The notes under the pieces: model-generated
The model's input: the letters and a program-made list of their open reading frames with translations, nothing else
Databases searched by the model: none
Told to the model about the DNA's origin: nothing
Part shown: positions 17,453 to 27,223 of the stretch, one piece after another
How positions within the stretch are numbered: position 1 is the stretch's first letter
Layout: each line of letters begins with the position of its first letter
Program-made: the position numbers and the translations under genes
NCBI GenBank assembly: GCA_036834125.1
Contig: DAITOK010000001.1
Coordinates: 57,314-121,313, forward strand
DNA length: 64,000 bases
Direction: 5' to 3'
Source: Chloroflexota bacterium
Lineage (GTDB): Bacteria; Chloroflexota; Dehalococcoidia; GIF9; AB-539-J10

Positions 17453-18391
17453 ATGGGTTTGCTAATTAATTTTCTGGACATCATCGTTTTTATCGGCATC
17501 TTTGCCATAGTCGCTTTAAGCCTTAACTTGGAGTACGGCTTTACTGGTCTGGGAAATTTTGGCAAAGTAGCCTTCTTCTTAGTCGGAGCTTATACCTATG
17601 CTGTCCTGATGGAGCGAACCGAGATTCCTTTCTATGTTGCTCTTGTTATGGCTATGTTAACATCGGCTGGTATTGGTCTCCTCGTTTCTCTGCCAGCGTT
17701 AAGATTACGGGAAGATTATCTGGCAATAGTAACGCTGGCTATCGGAGAGATACTGAGACTCATTGTCAAAACTGAGGATTGGCTTGCCCATGGTGTATGG
17801 GGGATTACTGTGCCCTCAGCCATTCACTGGTCAGGAATATCTGTGCTAGAGACAAGATTGGTCAATGTAGGATTAGTATATTTCTGCTTGATTGTTTGTT
17901 TTACTTTTATGGAATTGCTGACCAAATCGCCTTATGGTCGCATTCTGCGGGCTATCCGGGAGGACGAAGTCGCAGCAGAGGCTCTAGGAAAGGACCGGGT
18001 CAAGTATAAAGCTCAGGTGCTCATGCTGGGCTCGGCATTAGCTGGGCTAGGTGGTGGTCTTTATGCACAATATATGCGGTTTATTGAACCTTATATGTTT
18101 ATGCCTATGGTTACCTTTACGGTGTGGATAATAGTTATTGTAGGTGGTTCAGCTAATAACTGGGGCATGTTACTAGGAGCAACTCTAGTTAAGCTTTTTG
18201 AGCGTGGAGCACTGGTAATCAAAGACTATTTCCATCTGCCCATCGATCCGATTAATCTGCAATATATTTTGTTCGGTGTTTTCGTTATATTTCTCTTAGC
18301 CTACCGCCCACAGGGTTTGTTAAAAGAGCGCCAGATCAAAACTAAGGCGGTAGAGGTGGTCCAGCGATGGAGGAATCGCTGCTCAGAATAA
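17453..18391 (+). CDS. livM: Branched-chain amino acid ABC transporter permease
   Basis: A multi-TM protein starting 3 nt after livH. Confidence 0.75.
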   Translation: MGLLINFLDIIVFIGIFAIVALSLNLEYGFTGLGNFGKVAFFLVGAYTYAVLMERTEIPFYVALVMAMLTSAGIGLLVSLPALRLREDYLAIVTLAIGEILRLIVKTEDWLAHGVWGITVPSAIHWSGISVLETRLVNVGLVYFCLIVCFTFMELLTKSPYGRILRAIREDEVAAEALGKDRVKYKAQVLMLGSALAGLGGGLYAQYMRFIEPYMFMPMVTFTVWIIVIVGGSANNWGMLLGATLVKLFERGALVIKDYFHLPIDPINLQYILFGVFVIFLLAYRPQGLLKERQIKTKAVEVVQRWRNRCSE

Positions 18392-19128
18392 AAGAGGTCG
18401 CAAAGCATTTCGGCGGTCTATGGGCTGTAAATCGCATCAGCTTGGATGTTGCCCGTGGCAGTATTACCGCTCTGGTAGGACCCAACGGTAGCGGCAAGAC
18501 CACTTTGTTTAATATCGTCTGTGGTTTGCACAAACCAGACGAGGGCTGTGTTTATTTTAATGGTGAACGTATTGACCATCTCTCTCCCCATCGGGTTTAT
18601 GCCAAGGGTATAGTACACGCCTTTCAAATACCGAGGTTATTTTCTCGCCTGACTGTTTTGGACAACATGCTCTTGGCAGCGAGGGGACATAAAGGTGACA
18701 GTTTGCTAAACAGCCTGGTATTCAAGCAAGGATGGCAGGAGCAGGAGTGGAAGCTAGCCACAAAGGCTTTAGAGCTGCTTAATCTTTTGGAACTTGACCA
18801 TTTGGGTCTTTCCCCGGCTGGTGAATTGTCTGGCGGGCAGAGAAAGCTTCTGGAGATAGGTAGAGCTCTCATGGCTGCCCCGGTGCTATTACTTCTGGAT
18901 GAGCCGGCAGCTGGTGTTAACCCGAATCTAGGACGGAAAATCTTCGAAAAAATTGAATTGTTCCGAAGGAGCGGACTTAGCTTTTTCGTTATTGAGCACA
19001 GGTTGGAACTATTATTTGACTTTGCTGACCGGGTTTATGTTATGGATAAGGGGAAGATAGTGGTTCAAGGCAAACCGGAGGAGGTGGCGAAAGACTCTAC
19101 TTTTTATAAGGTGTACCTAGGAGATTAA
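18367..19128 (+). CDS. livG: Branched-chain amino acid ABC transporter ATP-binding protein
   Basis: Walker A GPNGSGKTT, signature LSGGQRKLLEIGRAL and Walker B LLLDEP. Confidence 0.8.
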   Translation: MEESLLRIKEVAKHFGGLWAVNRISLDVARGSITALVGPNGSGKTTLFNIVCGLHKPDEGCVYFNGERIDHLSPHRVYAKGIVHAFQIPRLFSRLTVLDNMLLAARGHKGDSLLNSLVFKQGWQEQEWKLATKALELLNLLELDHLGLSPAGELSGGQRKLLEIGRALMAAPVLLLLDEPAAGVNPNLGRKIFEKIELFRRSGLSFFVIEHRLELLFDFADRVYVMDKGKIVVQGKPEEVAKDSTFYKVYLGD

Positions 19129-19845
19129 GTGGAAGACATATTCGTGGCTAGAAATATTACTGCTGGCTATGGGGATGTGGAGATTGTGCACAATGTTTCA
19201 GTACGAGTGGCGTCAGGAGAGGTTGTTGCTGTTATCGGCCCCAATGGTAGTGGTAAATCTACATTAATAAAAAGCCTTCTCGGCTTTGCTCGCCTTTTTA
19301 ACGGGCAAGTCTTCTACAAAGGAAGGGATGTCACTGGGATCACTCCAGACCAAGCTGTGATTATAGGTATTAGTTACGTCCCACAAATCAATAATGTTTT
19401 TGTCAACTTGACGGTGGCGGAAAATCTGGAATTGGGAGCTTATACGAGGGAGGATAGAGATGTTAAAGCAGATATAGCGGAAGTCTATGAATGGTTCCCG
19501 GAGCTAGCAGCAAGAAGAAAAACTTGGGCGGGTAATTTAAGTGGTGGGGAGAGACAGATGCTAGCCATCGCCCGAGCAATGATGACCAAACCAAAGGTGC
19601 TACTTCTCGATGAGCCGCTAGCTTCGCTAGCACCCAGAGCTATTTCACCGGTTTTAACGAAAGTTGAAAAGATTAGAGATAGTGGTACAGCGGTAGTGAT
19701 TGTTGAACAAAATGTCAAAAAAGCTCTGGAAGTAGCGAGCAGATGCTATGCTCTGGTAGATGGTCGCTGTATTTTGGAAGGAGACTCTATGTCCATTTTG
19801 TGTGACGATGAAGCTAAGCAACGCTTCTTAGGGCTTAGAGATTGA
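19129..19845 (+). CDS. livF: Branched-chain amino acid ABC transporter ATP-binding protein
   Basis: GPNGSGKSTL, LSGGERQMLAIARAM and LLLDEP. Confidence 0.8.
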   Translation: MEDIFVARNITAGYGDVEIVHNVSVRVASGEVVAVIGPNGSGKSTLIKSLLGFARLFNGQVFYKGRDVTGITPDQAVIIGISYVPQINNVFVNLTVAENLELGAYTREDRDVKADIAEVYEWFPELAARRKTWAGNLSGGERQMLAIARAMMTKPKVLLLDEPLASLAPRAISPVLTKVEKIRDSGTAVVIVEQNVKKALEVASRCYALVDGRCILEGDSMSILCDDEAKQRFLGLRD

Positions 19846-19997
19846 GAGGTGTATAGCCAGCCATTTAAGACTATGAATTCTTTTGTTACAATACTAGATA
19901 GATCTGGTGTTTTGAAGGGAGGTGCCGTATGGAGTAAGGAAATGTTCACGGCAAAGCATTTGTTCAATAACTGTGAGTGGTTTAAAAGGAGGAATGT

Positions 19998-21173
19998 ATG
20001 TCGAAGAAATGGATAGTTGTAATAATTGCAGTGGTTGTGGTTGTAGCTGTGGTACTTGCTTTGACTCTGCGTCCTACCAAAGAGGAACAGATAAAAATAG
20101 GTGGTATCTTTGATATGACCGGGGGCCTAGCGGAGATGGGTGACTTAATATCTAAAGGTGCTCGGTTGGCTGTGGAGGAGATTAACGCTGCTGGTGGAGT
20201 GCTGGGAAAAGAATTAGTGCTCTTGATTGAGGATGGCGCCACTTCGGCAGATACTGGCTTTACAGCTTTCAAGAAGCTAGTAGAGGTAGATGAAGTCGAA
20301 GTCATCGTCGGTCCTATGATCAGTGGGGCAGTTATGGCTTGTGGAGCCTACGCTAAAGATATGGAGGTGCCCTTTATTTCGCCTTCAGCTACCTCGCCGT
20401 TAATCACAAACCAAACTTGGACTGAATGGGCTTTACGTACTTGCACCAGTGACGCTTTCCAAGGGCGGCTTCTAGCGGAAATTATTATTAAGGAAGGCTA
20501 CCAAAAAGCAGCTATTCTAGTTCAGGATACTCCTTATGGCATTGGCATTGAGCAAGTAGTCGAAGAGAGCCTCAAGGCGGCAAATGTCACAGTCGTGGAG
20601 AGCATAAGATATGATGCCAAAAGACTGGACTATCTTACTGAGCTAGGAAGGATCAAAGACGCCAATCCTGATGTTATTGTTCAGGTTGGTTACCACACTG
20701 ACAGCGCTAAAGTCTATGAACAAGCAGGTTTGCTAGGGCTCAATGTAACACCGTGGCTAGTTGCCGAGGGTGTTTATGGCTTACCAGCAAGTACATACCC
20801 TGCTGCTGCTGCCTTTATGGCTAATGCTAATCTACGAGGCGCTACTCTAGCTCCCGATCCGACTTTACCTGCGTATGTAGCGTTCAAGGCAGCTTATGAA
20901 GGACGATGGGGTAAGTCTCCGGGAGTTTACTGTGATACTGCTTATGATGCTGTTAAGTTGATAGCCCTAGCGATAAACAAAGCTGGCGAGTACGATGGTG
21001 CAAAGATAAAAGATGCCCTTTATGAACTAGGGGTTGGGTATTCGGGTGCCAGTGGAACGATAACCTGGGATGTCAAAGGCGACCGTGTCAGTGCTACCTA
21101 TGGAGTCTGGGAATTACAAGAGACATCACCAGGAGTATACAACTACACCATTTTGGAATACCACACGTTTTAG
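19998..21173 (+). CDS. livK: Branched-chain amino acid ABC transporter substrate-binding protein (PBP type 1)
   Basis: An N-terminal TM/signal followed by a LivK/LivJ-like periplasmic binding fold; it is the last gene of the cassette. Confidence 0.75.
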   Translation: MSKKWIVVIIAVVVVVAVVLALTLRPTKEEQIKIGGIFDMTGGLAEMGDLISKGARLAVEEINAAGGVLGKELVLLIEDGATSADTGFTAFKKLVEVDEVEVIVGPMISGAVMACGAYAKDMEVPFISPSATSPLITNQTWTEWALRTCTSDAFQGRLLAEIIIKEGYQKAAILVQDTPYGIGIEQVVEESLKAANVTVVESIRYDAKRLDYLTELGRIKDANPDVIVQVGYHTDSAKVYEQAGLLGLNVTPWLVAEGVYGLPASTYPAAAAFMANANLRGATLAPDPTLPAYVAFKAAYEGRWGKSPGVYCDTAYDAVKLIALAINKAGEYDGAKIKDALYELGVGYSGASGTITWDVKGDRVSATYGVWELQETSPGVYNYTILEYHTF

Positions 21174-21189
21174 TTTGCATGAAAATACA

Positions 21190-21231
21190 GCGGGACAGAG
21201 ATCAGTATGCAGGATGGGGTCTCTGTCCCGC
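21190..21231 (+). terminator. Candidate intrinsic terminator hairpin after the liv cassette (12-bp perfect stem GCGGGACAGAGA / TCTCTGTCCCGC, 18-nt loop)
   Basis: A perfect inverted repeat 17 nt after the livK stop, followed by only a weak T run (ttcc). Confidence 0.35.
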
Positions 21232-21505
21232 TTCCACTCTAGCCAGGAATCTAGAGGATGAAAGCCTACGCTAGTAGTACAACAAGGAATCCTTATAGCT
21301 TTCCTTTGTATTGTTATTCTGTTTACGGTGTAGGCAATACAGACTAAATTGCAATTTTGAATTCGATGCCTTAATTGGTTTTGTTACCCAGAATTTAACC
21401 AAAAACCTGCCATGGTGTTATTCACTTTAAATATTCTATCGTACTTAGTAATTCCAAATACACTTGCTTTACATACTTTACCCTTAAAGATTGACAATGC
21501 TAAAA

Positions 21506-21514
21506 TGGTATAAA
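21506..21514 (+). promoter_or_regulatory. Candidate extended -10 element (TGgTATAAA) immediately upstream of yebC
   Basis: TG at 21506-07 and TATAAA at 21509-14. TTGACA at 21491-96 leaves only a 12-nt spacer. The ATG at 21523 is about 8 nt downstream, giving a possible very short leader. Confidence 0.25.
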
Positions 21515-21522
21515 GGATAGCG

Positions 21523-22275
21523 ATGTCAGGACATTCTAAGTGGGCACAGATTAAACGTCAGAAAGGGGTAGCCGATGCTAGGCGTGGACAGCTATTTACC
21601 AAGCTGGCTCGGGAAATCACAGTTGCTGTGCGGCAAGGTGGACCTAATCTGGATAGTAATTTTCGTTTGCGGTTAGCGGTGCAGAAAGCACGGGACAATA
21701 ATATGCCTCTGGAAAATATAGAGAGGGCTATAAAGCGAGGCACGGGTGGAAGTGATTCAGCAGCTTTGACCGAAGTCAAATTTGAGGGTTATGGACCGAG
21801 CGGGATAGCTGTTATAGTGGAAGTCTTGACGGACAATCGTAATCGCGCGGTACAAGATGTACGCCGTCTCTTCACCCGTTATGGTGGCAGTCTAGGTGAA
21901 ACTGGTTGTGTGTCGTGGCTTTTTGACAGCAAAGGTGTAATCACTGTGGAAGGCGGTGCCTCAGATACCGAAGAAATAGCGCTGCGAGCCATTGATGCCG
22001 GGGCAGAAGATGTCAAGACTGAGAAAGGATATGTGGAAATTTACACCCGGTCACAGGATTTAGAAAAAGTTAGGAAAGTTCTGGAGGAGAAAAACCATGT
22101 GATTTCAGCGGAGCTATCGCTAACGCCTAAAACAACAGTGTTGCTGGATGAAAACAAAGCAATTCAAGCTTTGAATTTCCTGGATGAGTTGGAGGCGTTA
22201 GACGATGTGCAACGTATTTACTCTAATATTGATTTTTCTGATGCCACTTTAGATAAGCTGCGCAGTCGGAATTAG
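21523..22275 (+). CDS. yebC: YebC/PmpR family DNA-binding transcriptional regulatory protein
   Basis: MSGHSKWAQIKRQKG at the N-terminus, and a conserved position upstream of ruvC. Confidence 0.8.
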   Translation: MSGHSKWAQIKRQKGVADARRGQLFTKLAREITVAVRQGGPNLDSNFRLRLAVQKARDNNMPLENIERAIKRGTGGSDSAALTEVKFEGYGPSGIAVIVEVLTDNRNRAVQDVRRLFTRYGGSLGETGCVSWLFDSKGVITVEGGASDTEEIALRAIDAGAEDVKTEKGYVEIYTRSQDLEKVRKVLEEKNHVISAELSLTPKTTVLLDENKAIQALNFLDELEALDDVQRIYSNIDFSDATLDKLRSRN

Positions 22276-22350
22276 ATGCATCCACAAAAAGCTGGCGATT
22301 TTCGTGAGAACCGAAGTAGATCTAAAACCTATATGTGCCCCAAGGAGAAT

Positions 22351-22854
22351 GTGCGTATTCTTGGTGTTGACCCTGGGACGATACATTTAGGCTACGGTGT
22401 AGTAGATGGTGAAGAAGAGGTGCGTATGGTGGACTGCGGAGTAATCAATCTGTCGGCTCGTCTTCCTATGGAGGAGAGGCTACGTTCTCTTTACGATAAA
22501 CTAAGCAAAATTATTTCTAAGCATAAACCAGATGAAGTAGCTATCGAAGAGCCTTTTATCGGACACAATGTAAGGTCAGCGTTTGCTATTGGCAAAGCAC
22601 AAGCTATTGCTATCCTAGCAGCGGTTAACCAGGGCTTGCCTATATATTATTACTCGCCAGCCAAGGTAAAACAGCAAGTAACCAGTTACGGGCAGAGCGG
22701 TAAACAGCAAGTTCAGGAGATGGTAAAGCTGCAGCTCGGGCTATCTGAGCTACCTGAACCCAGCGATGCTGCTGATGCTCTGGCTGTAGCTATGTGCCAT
22801 ATTCAGCAGAGACGCCTTAATAAGAGTGTAACTCAACTCCCAACAATGCCGTGA
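22351..22854 (+). CDS. ruvC: Holliday junction resolvase RuvC
   Basis: VRILGVDPGTIHLGYGV. AAGGAG 4 nt upstream of GTG 22351 supports a GTG start; the ORF is open from ATG 22276. Confidence 0.75.
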   Translation: MRILGVDPGTIHLGYGVVDGEEEVRMVDCGVINLSARLPMEERLRSLYDKLSKIISKHKPDEVAIEEPFIGHNVRSAFAIGKAQAIAILAAVNQGLPIYYYSPAKVKQQVTSYGQSGKQQVQEMVKLQLGLSELPEPSDAADALAVAMCHIQQRRLNKSVTQLPTMP

Positions 22855-22937
22855 CTTTTGAAGCACTAAGCTGTTAATATTAGCCTAGTCTACAGGAAAA
22901 CGGTGTGATGTTCTGGGGCTGGCGGAGCTAATGTTGA

Positions 22938-23519
22938 ATGATAGCGACGTTAGAAGGAATATTACAATATCGTGGTAACGATTTTGTTATCATCAATGTC
23001 GGCGGAATAGGTTTCCGGGTACATGTCTCCGGCTCGACTTTAAACCAATTAGGGACTATCAAAGACAAGGTTTTCCTCCACACTCATCTCCACATAAGGG
23101 AGGATAATGTTTCTCTTTACGGTTTTGCTTCTAATGAGGAATTGGCGTTATTTAAAAACCTTATTTCCGTCTCAGGAGTAGGTCCGAAGTTGGCGTTGGG
23201 TTTACTGTCAGCTTTCAGTCCCGAGCAGATTGTTATGGCCATAACCAGCGACAATATTGACCTCTTGAGCCAGGCACCGGGCGTTGGCAAGAAGATGGCC
23301 AGCCGCCTTGTTGTTGAGCTTAGAAGTAAGTTAGAAAGGGAATGGAAAGAGGTAGCATTGCCGTTAGCTCCAAAGAGTGCTGATGTTATAGCGGCTTTAA
23401 CTGGCTTGGGCTACTCTTTAGCGGAAGCCAGCGAAGCTGTCTCGCAGATTCCAAATTCCCAAGAGCTAAGTTTAGAGGAGAAGATCAGGATTGCACTGCA
23501 ACAGGTGGCAAGAAGGTAG
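22938..23519 (+). CDS. ruvA: Holliday junction DNA helicase subunit RuvA
   Basis: An N-terminal OB fold, then HhH motifs (LISVSGVGPKLALGLLS) and a C-terminal domain III. Confidence 0.8.
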   Translation: MIATLEGILQYRGNDFVIINVGGIGFRVHVSGSTLNQLGTIKDKVFLHTHLHIREDNVSLYGFASNEELALFKNLISVSGVGPKLALGLLSAFSPEQIVMAITSDNIDLLSQAPGVGKKMASRLVVELRSKLEREWKEVALPLAPKSADVIAALTGLGYSLAEASEAVSQIPNSQELSLEEKIRIALQQVARR

Positions 23520-23562
23520 GTTTAACGACAATAAGCGTGAGCTAAGAAGCAAAATGCTGTTC

Positions 23563-23589
23563 TTTAGCTTTATAGAGGCGTGGTATAAT
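23563..23589 (+). promoter_or_regulatory. Candidate promoter with an extended -10 (TGgTATAAT) upstream of ppsA
   Basis: cgTGgTATAATgg at 23581-23589, with a weak -35-like TTTAGC, about 100 nt before ATG 23693. Confidence 0.3.
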
Positions 23590-23692
23590 GGCTTTATTTA
23601 TCAGTATACAGTATAGCCGCCTACAAACGAAGCCAGAATTGGTTGGGATAGTGTGTGTAACATAGCCTCATTTTGTAAACCGGAGGGAACAT

Positions 23693-26116
23693 ATGAGATT
23701 TGTGAAATGGTTCGAAGAGATTGGAGCAAAAGATGTAGCTCTGGTTGGTGGTAAGAATGCGTCTCTGGGTGAAATGATAAGGAGTCTGAGTAGGAAAGGA
23801 GTAAACATTCCCCCGGGGTTTGCTATTACTGCTGAGGCGTATAAGTATGTGTTAGAAAAAGCAGGAATAAGTCAAAAAATCAAGGAAATTCTGACTGACC
23901 TAGATACACATGATATAGAGAATTTAGCAGAGAGGGGTGAGAAGGTAAGGAATTTGATAGCGCATAGTCCTTGCCCCAAGGATTTAGAAGACGAGATAAG
24001 GATTAGTTATCGGAAGATGGAGGAGAGATTCGGTAAGAATGTTGATGTGGCTGTGAGAAGCAGCGCTACTGCAGAAGATTTGCCTACAGCGTCGTTTGCG
24101 GGACAGCAAACGACGTATTTAAATGTGCGTGGAGAAGATGACTTATTGGAAAAGGTTATGTACTGCTTTGCATCTTTGTTCACGAACCGCGCAATTTCCT
24201 ATCGGGTAGATAAAGGATTTTCTCATTATGGCGTTTATATCTCGGTAGGGGTACAGAAGATGGTCCGCTCTGACCTAGCTTGTTCTGGTGTTATGTTTTC
24301 TATAGACACAGATTCAGGCTTTAAGGATGTAGTTTACATAACTGCAGCATATGGGCTTGGGGAGAATGTGGTACAGGGGATTGTTGACCCAGACCAGTTC
24401 TATGTTTTTAAACCTACTCTAAAACAAGGGTTCAGACCAATTGTGGAAAAGAAACTAGGGACGAAGGAAAAGAAATTGGTCTACAGCGGAGACGGAGCAG
24501 GAACGGAGCAAAAGGAAGTAGAGCTTGAAGAGCGAAAAAAATTCGCCTTGAATGAGGATGAGATTCTGACTCTAGCTAGATGGGCATGCATTATAGAGGA
24601 ACATTATGGGTTGCCCATGGATATTGAATGGGCTAAGGATGGCATAAGTGGCGAACTTTTCGTGGTCCAAGCCCGACCAGAGACGGTACATTCTCAAAGA
24701 GATGTAGCAGTTCTCAGGACTTATGTGCTGGAAGAGGAAGGAAAATTGCTGCTCAAAGGCGAAGCAGTAGGGACAAAGATAGGGCAGGGTGCAGTGAACG
24801 TAATAGAAAGCAGTAGTGATATCCATAAATTCAAGAAGGGGCAAGTTTTGGTTACGGATATGACTGATCCTGACTGGGAGCCGATAATGAAGATTGCTAG
24901 TGCGATAGTGACAAACAAAGGGGGCAGGACGTGTCATGCTGCTATCGTTAGTCGGGAGCTAGGGGTGCCTTGCGTAATTAGCACCGGTAGGGGGACAGAG
25001 GTATTGAGGGGGGTGAAAGATGTCACAGTAGATTGCTCACGAGGCGAGGGCAGGATATACGAAGGGAAATTGAAATACAAAATAGAAGAGATAGAAGTAA
25101 GCAAACTGCCCAGACCTCGTACCAAGATAATGATGAATTTGGGTATTCCCGATGGGGCGTTTGTGCAGAGCCAGATTCCCAACGACGGAGTGGGGCTAGC
25201 TCGTGAAGAGTTCATCATCAATTCCTATATCGGCATACACCCTATGGCGCTGATAGAGTATCCTAAATTAAAGGAAGCAGCGAAAGGAGATAACAAGCTA
25301 GCCAAAGTAGTTAAAGAAATAGACGAGAGAAGCGCCATGTATCAGAATAAGAGGGAGTTCTTCATTGATAACTTAGCTATGGGTATAGCCAAAATAGCTG
25401 CCGGTTTTTATCCCAACGAAGTCATTGTGCGTTTTTCTGATTTCAAGACAAATGAATATGCTAATTTAATTGGCGGGTATCTGTACGAACCGAAGGAAAA
25501 CAATCCTATGATTGGCTGGAGGGGAGCATCCCGCTATTATGATGGGAAGTTCAAACCTGCTTTTGGTTTAGAGTGCCTAGCGATAAAGAAAGTGCGTGAT
25601 GAGATGGGGCTGACCAACGTTAAAGTGATGGTGCCTTTCTGCCGGACTCCCGAAGAAGGGAGGAGGGTGATAAGAGCCATGGAAGAGTTTGACTTAAAGC
25701 AGGGAGAAAATGGGTTAGAAGTTTATGTGATGTGTGAGATACCTTCCAATGTGATTTTGGCTGAAGAGTTCGCTGACATATTTGATGGATTCAGTATAGG
25801 GTCGAATGATTTGACGCAATTAACTTTAGGTCTGGATAGAGATTCAGCACTTGTGGCGCATATATTCGATGAAAGAAATGAGGCAGTGAAGAGGTTAGTG
25901 AAGCAGGTGATAAAGGCGGCACATAATCACAAACCGCGGAGAAAGATAGGAATATGTGGTCAGGCGCCGAGTGATTTTCCTGAATTTGCCGACTATTTAG
26001 TTGAATGTGGTATAGACTCGATGTCTTTGAACCCTGACGTGGTATTGTCAACAAGGTTAAATATTGCAAAGGCGGAGGAAAAAATAAAGTCGAGAGCCAA
26101 GCAGAAGCGGTCATGA
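23693..26116 (+). CDS. ppsA: Phosphoenolpyruvate synthase (pyruvate, water dikinase)
   Basis: An 807-aa protein with an N-terminal ATP-grasp, central phospho-His (GGRTCHAAIVSRELGVPCV) and C-terminal PEP-utilising TIM barrel. Confidence 0.85.
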   Translation: MRFVKWFEEIGAKDVALVGGKNASLGEMIRSLSRKGVNIPPGFAITAEAYKYVLEKAGISQKIKEILTDLDTHDIENLAERGEKVRNLIAHSPCPKDLEDEIRISYRKMEERFGKNVDVAVRSSATAEDLPTASFAGQQTTYLNVRGEDDLLEKVMYCFASLFTNRAISYRVDKGFSHYGVYISVGVQKMVRSDLACSGVMFSIDTDSGFKDVVYITAAYGLGENVVQGIVDPDQFYVFKPTLKQGFRPIVEKKLGTKEKKLVYSGDGAGTEQKEVELEERKKFALNEDEILTLARWACIIEEHYGLPMDIEWAKDGISGELFVVQARPETVHSQRDVAVLRTYVLEEEGKLLLKGEAVGTKIGQGAVNVIESSSDIHKFKKGQVLVTDMTDPDWEPIMKIASAIVTNKGGRTCHAAIVSRELGVPCVISTGRGTEVLRGVKDVTVDCSRGEGRIYEGKLKYKIEEIEVSKLPRPRTKIMMNLGIPDGAFVQSQIPNDGVGLAREEFIINSYIGIHPMALIEYPKLKEAAKGDNKLAKVVKEIDERSAMYQNKREFFIDNLAMGIAKIAAGFYPNEVIVRFSDFKTNEYANLIGGYLYEPKENNPMIGWRGASRYYDGKFKPAFGLECLAIKKVRDEMGLTNVKVMVPFCRTPEEGRRVIRAMEEFDLKQGENGLEVYVMCEIPSNVILAEEFADIFDGFSIGSNDLTQLTLGLDRDSALVAHIFDERNEAVKRLVKQVIKAAHNHKPRRKIGICGQAPSDFPEFADYLVECGIDSMSLNPDVVLSTRLNIAKAEEKIKSRAKQKRS

Positions 26117-26188
26117 AGATGATAGGGAGTAGCCGCAAATTTTGCAAGAGAATAAGGGCTTTTCTGTGACTTCCTATACAGCTATTTC

Positions 26189-27223
26189 ATGGTTAAGGTT
26201 AATATACGTGAACAAACGGAGAAGAGGGAAGAAGCTCTTTCCCCATATGCTGCTAAAAGCAAATTCAGTCGTGGGCGGCTGAAATGGGAAGAGCCGTGCT
26301 TAGTAAGAACCAATTTTCAGCGTGACCGTGACCGTGTCATCTATTCTAAAGCTTTTCGTCGGCTAAAGCATAAGACACAGGTTTTTATTGCCCCGCTGGG
26401 GGATCATTATGTTACGAGGCTTACTCATACTCTCCAGGTGGCTCAAATAGCCAGAACTATAGCGCGGGCTCTAAATCTTAACGAAGACCTGACTGAGGCT
26501 ATCGCTCTGGGGCATGATTTAGGACACACACCTTTTGGGCATATCGGCGAAGAGGTTCTGAACGAACTATATCATGGCGGTTTCAGACATAATGAGCAAA
26601 GCTTACGAGTGGTTGATTTATTGGAAAAAGGGGGACAAGGGCTAAACCTTACTTGGGAAGTAAGAGATGGCATCCTCAACCATTCTAAGGGACAGTCTGG
26701 GATTCTGGGAAATGGGTGGGGAGATGTCGGCACCTTGGAGGGGCAAGTATGTAAGATAGCTGATGTCGTAGCATATGTTAATCACGATGTTGAGGATGCC
26801 ATAAGGGCAGGCATTATCTCGCAGGACGATTTACCAGAATCGGTAGTGAAGACTCTAGGGCAAACACATTCGCAGCGAATTAACACCCTTGTTTGCGATA
26901 TTATAAATTGCTCTTGGTCAGTCACTGGCGATAGTAATATAGGTAAACCAATGATAAGCATGAGTCCTGAAGTTATTAAAGCAACCAATATGCTGAGGCA
27001 GTTTTTGTTTGACAAAGTATATTATCCTAGCTTAGCCAAAGCGGATGCAGTAAAGGCAAGGAAGGTATTACGTCTATTATATTCATATTTCTTGAGGCAC
27101 GAAGATAAACTACCCCGGGAATTTGCTACCTTGCCGGTGGATAAGGAACGGAAAGTCATTGATTATATTGCCGGGATGACTGACCAGTATGCGTTAAGAT
27201 TAGCGGAAGAGATATCGCGATGA
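26189..27223 (+). CDS. dgt: dGTP triphosphohydrolase-like HD-domain protein
   Basis: An HD motif (HDLGHTPFGH) in a Dgt-like context upstream of dnaG. Confidence 0.7.
   Translation: MVKVNIREQTEKREEALSPYAAKSKFSRGRLKWEEPCLVRTNFQRDRDRVIYSKAFRRLKHKTQVFIAPLGDHYVTRLTHTLQVAQIARTIARALNLNEDLTEAIALGHDLGHTPFGHIGEEVLNELYHGGFRHNEQSLRVVDLLEKGGQGLNLTWEVRDGILNHSKGQSGILGNGWGDVGTLEGQVCKIADVVAYVNHDVEDAIRAGIISQDDLPESVVKTLGQTHSQRINTLVCDIINCSWSVTGDSNIGKPMISMSPEVIKATNMLRQFLFDKVYYPSLAKADAVKARKVLRLLYSYFLRHEDKLPREFATLPVDKERKVIDYIAGMTDQYALRLAEEISR

Noticed and set aside
24572-25221. Three minus-strand ORFs inside ppsA
   Set aside because: They are antisense to an 807-aa PEP synthase with intact motifs throughout.
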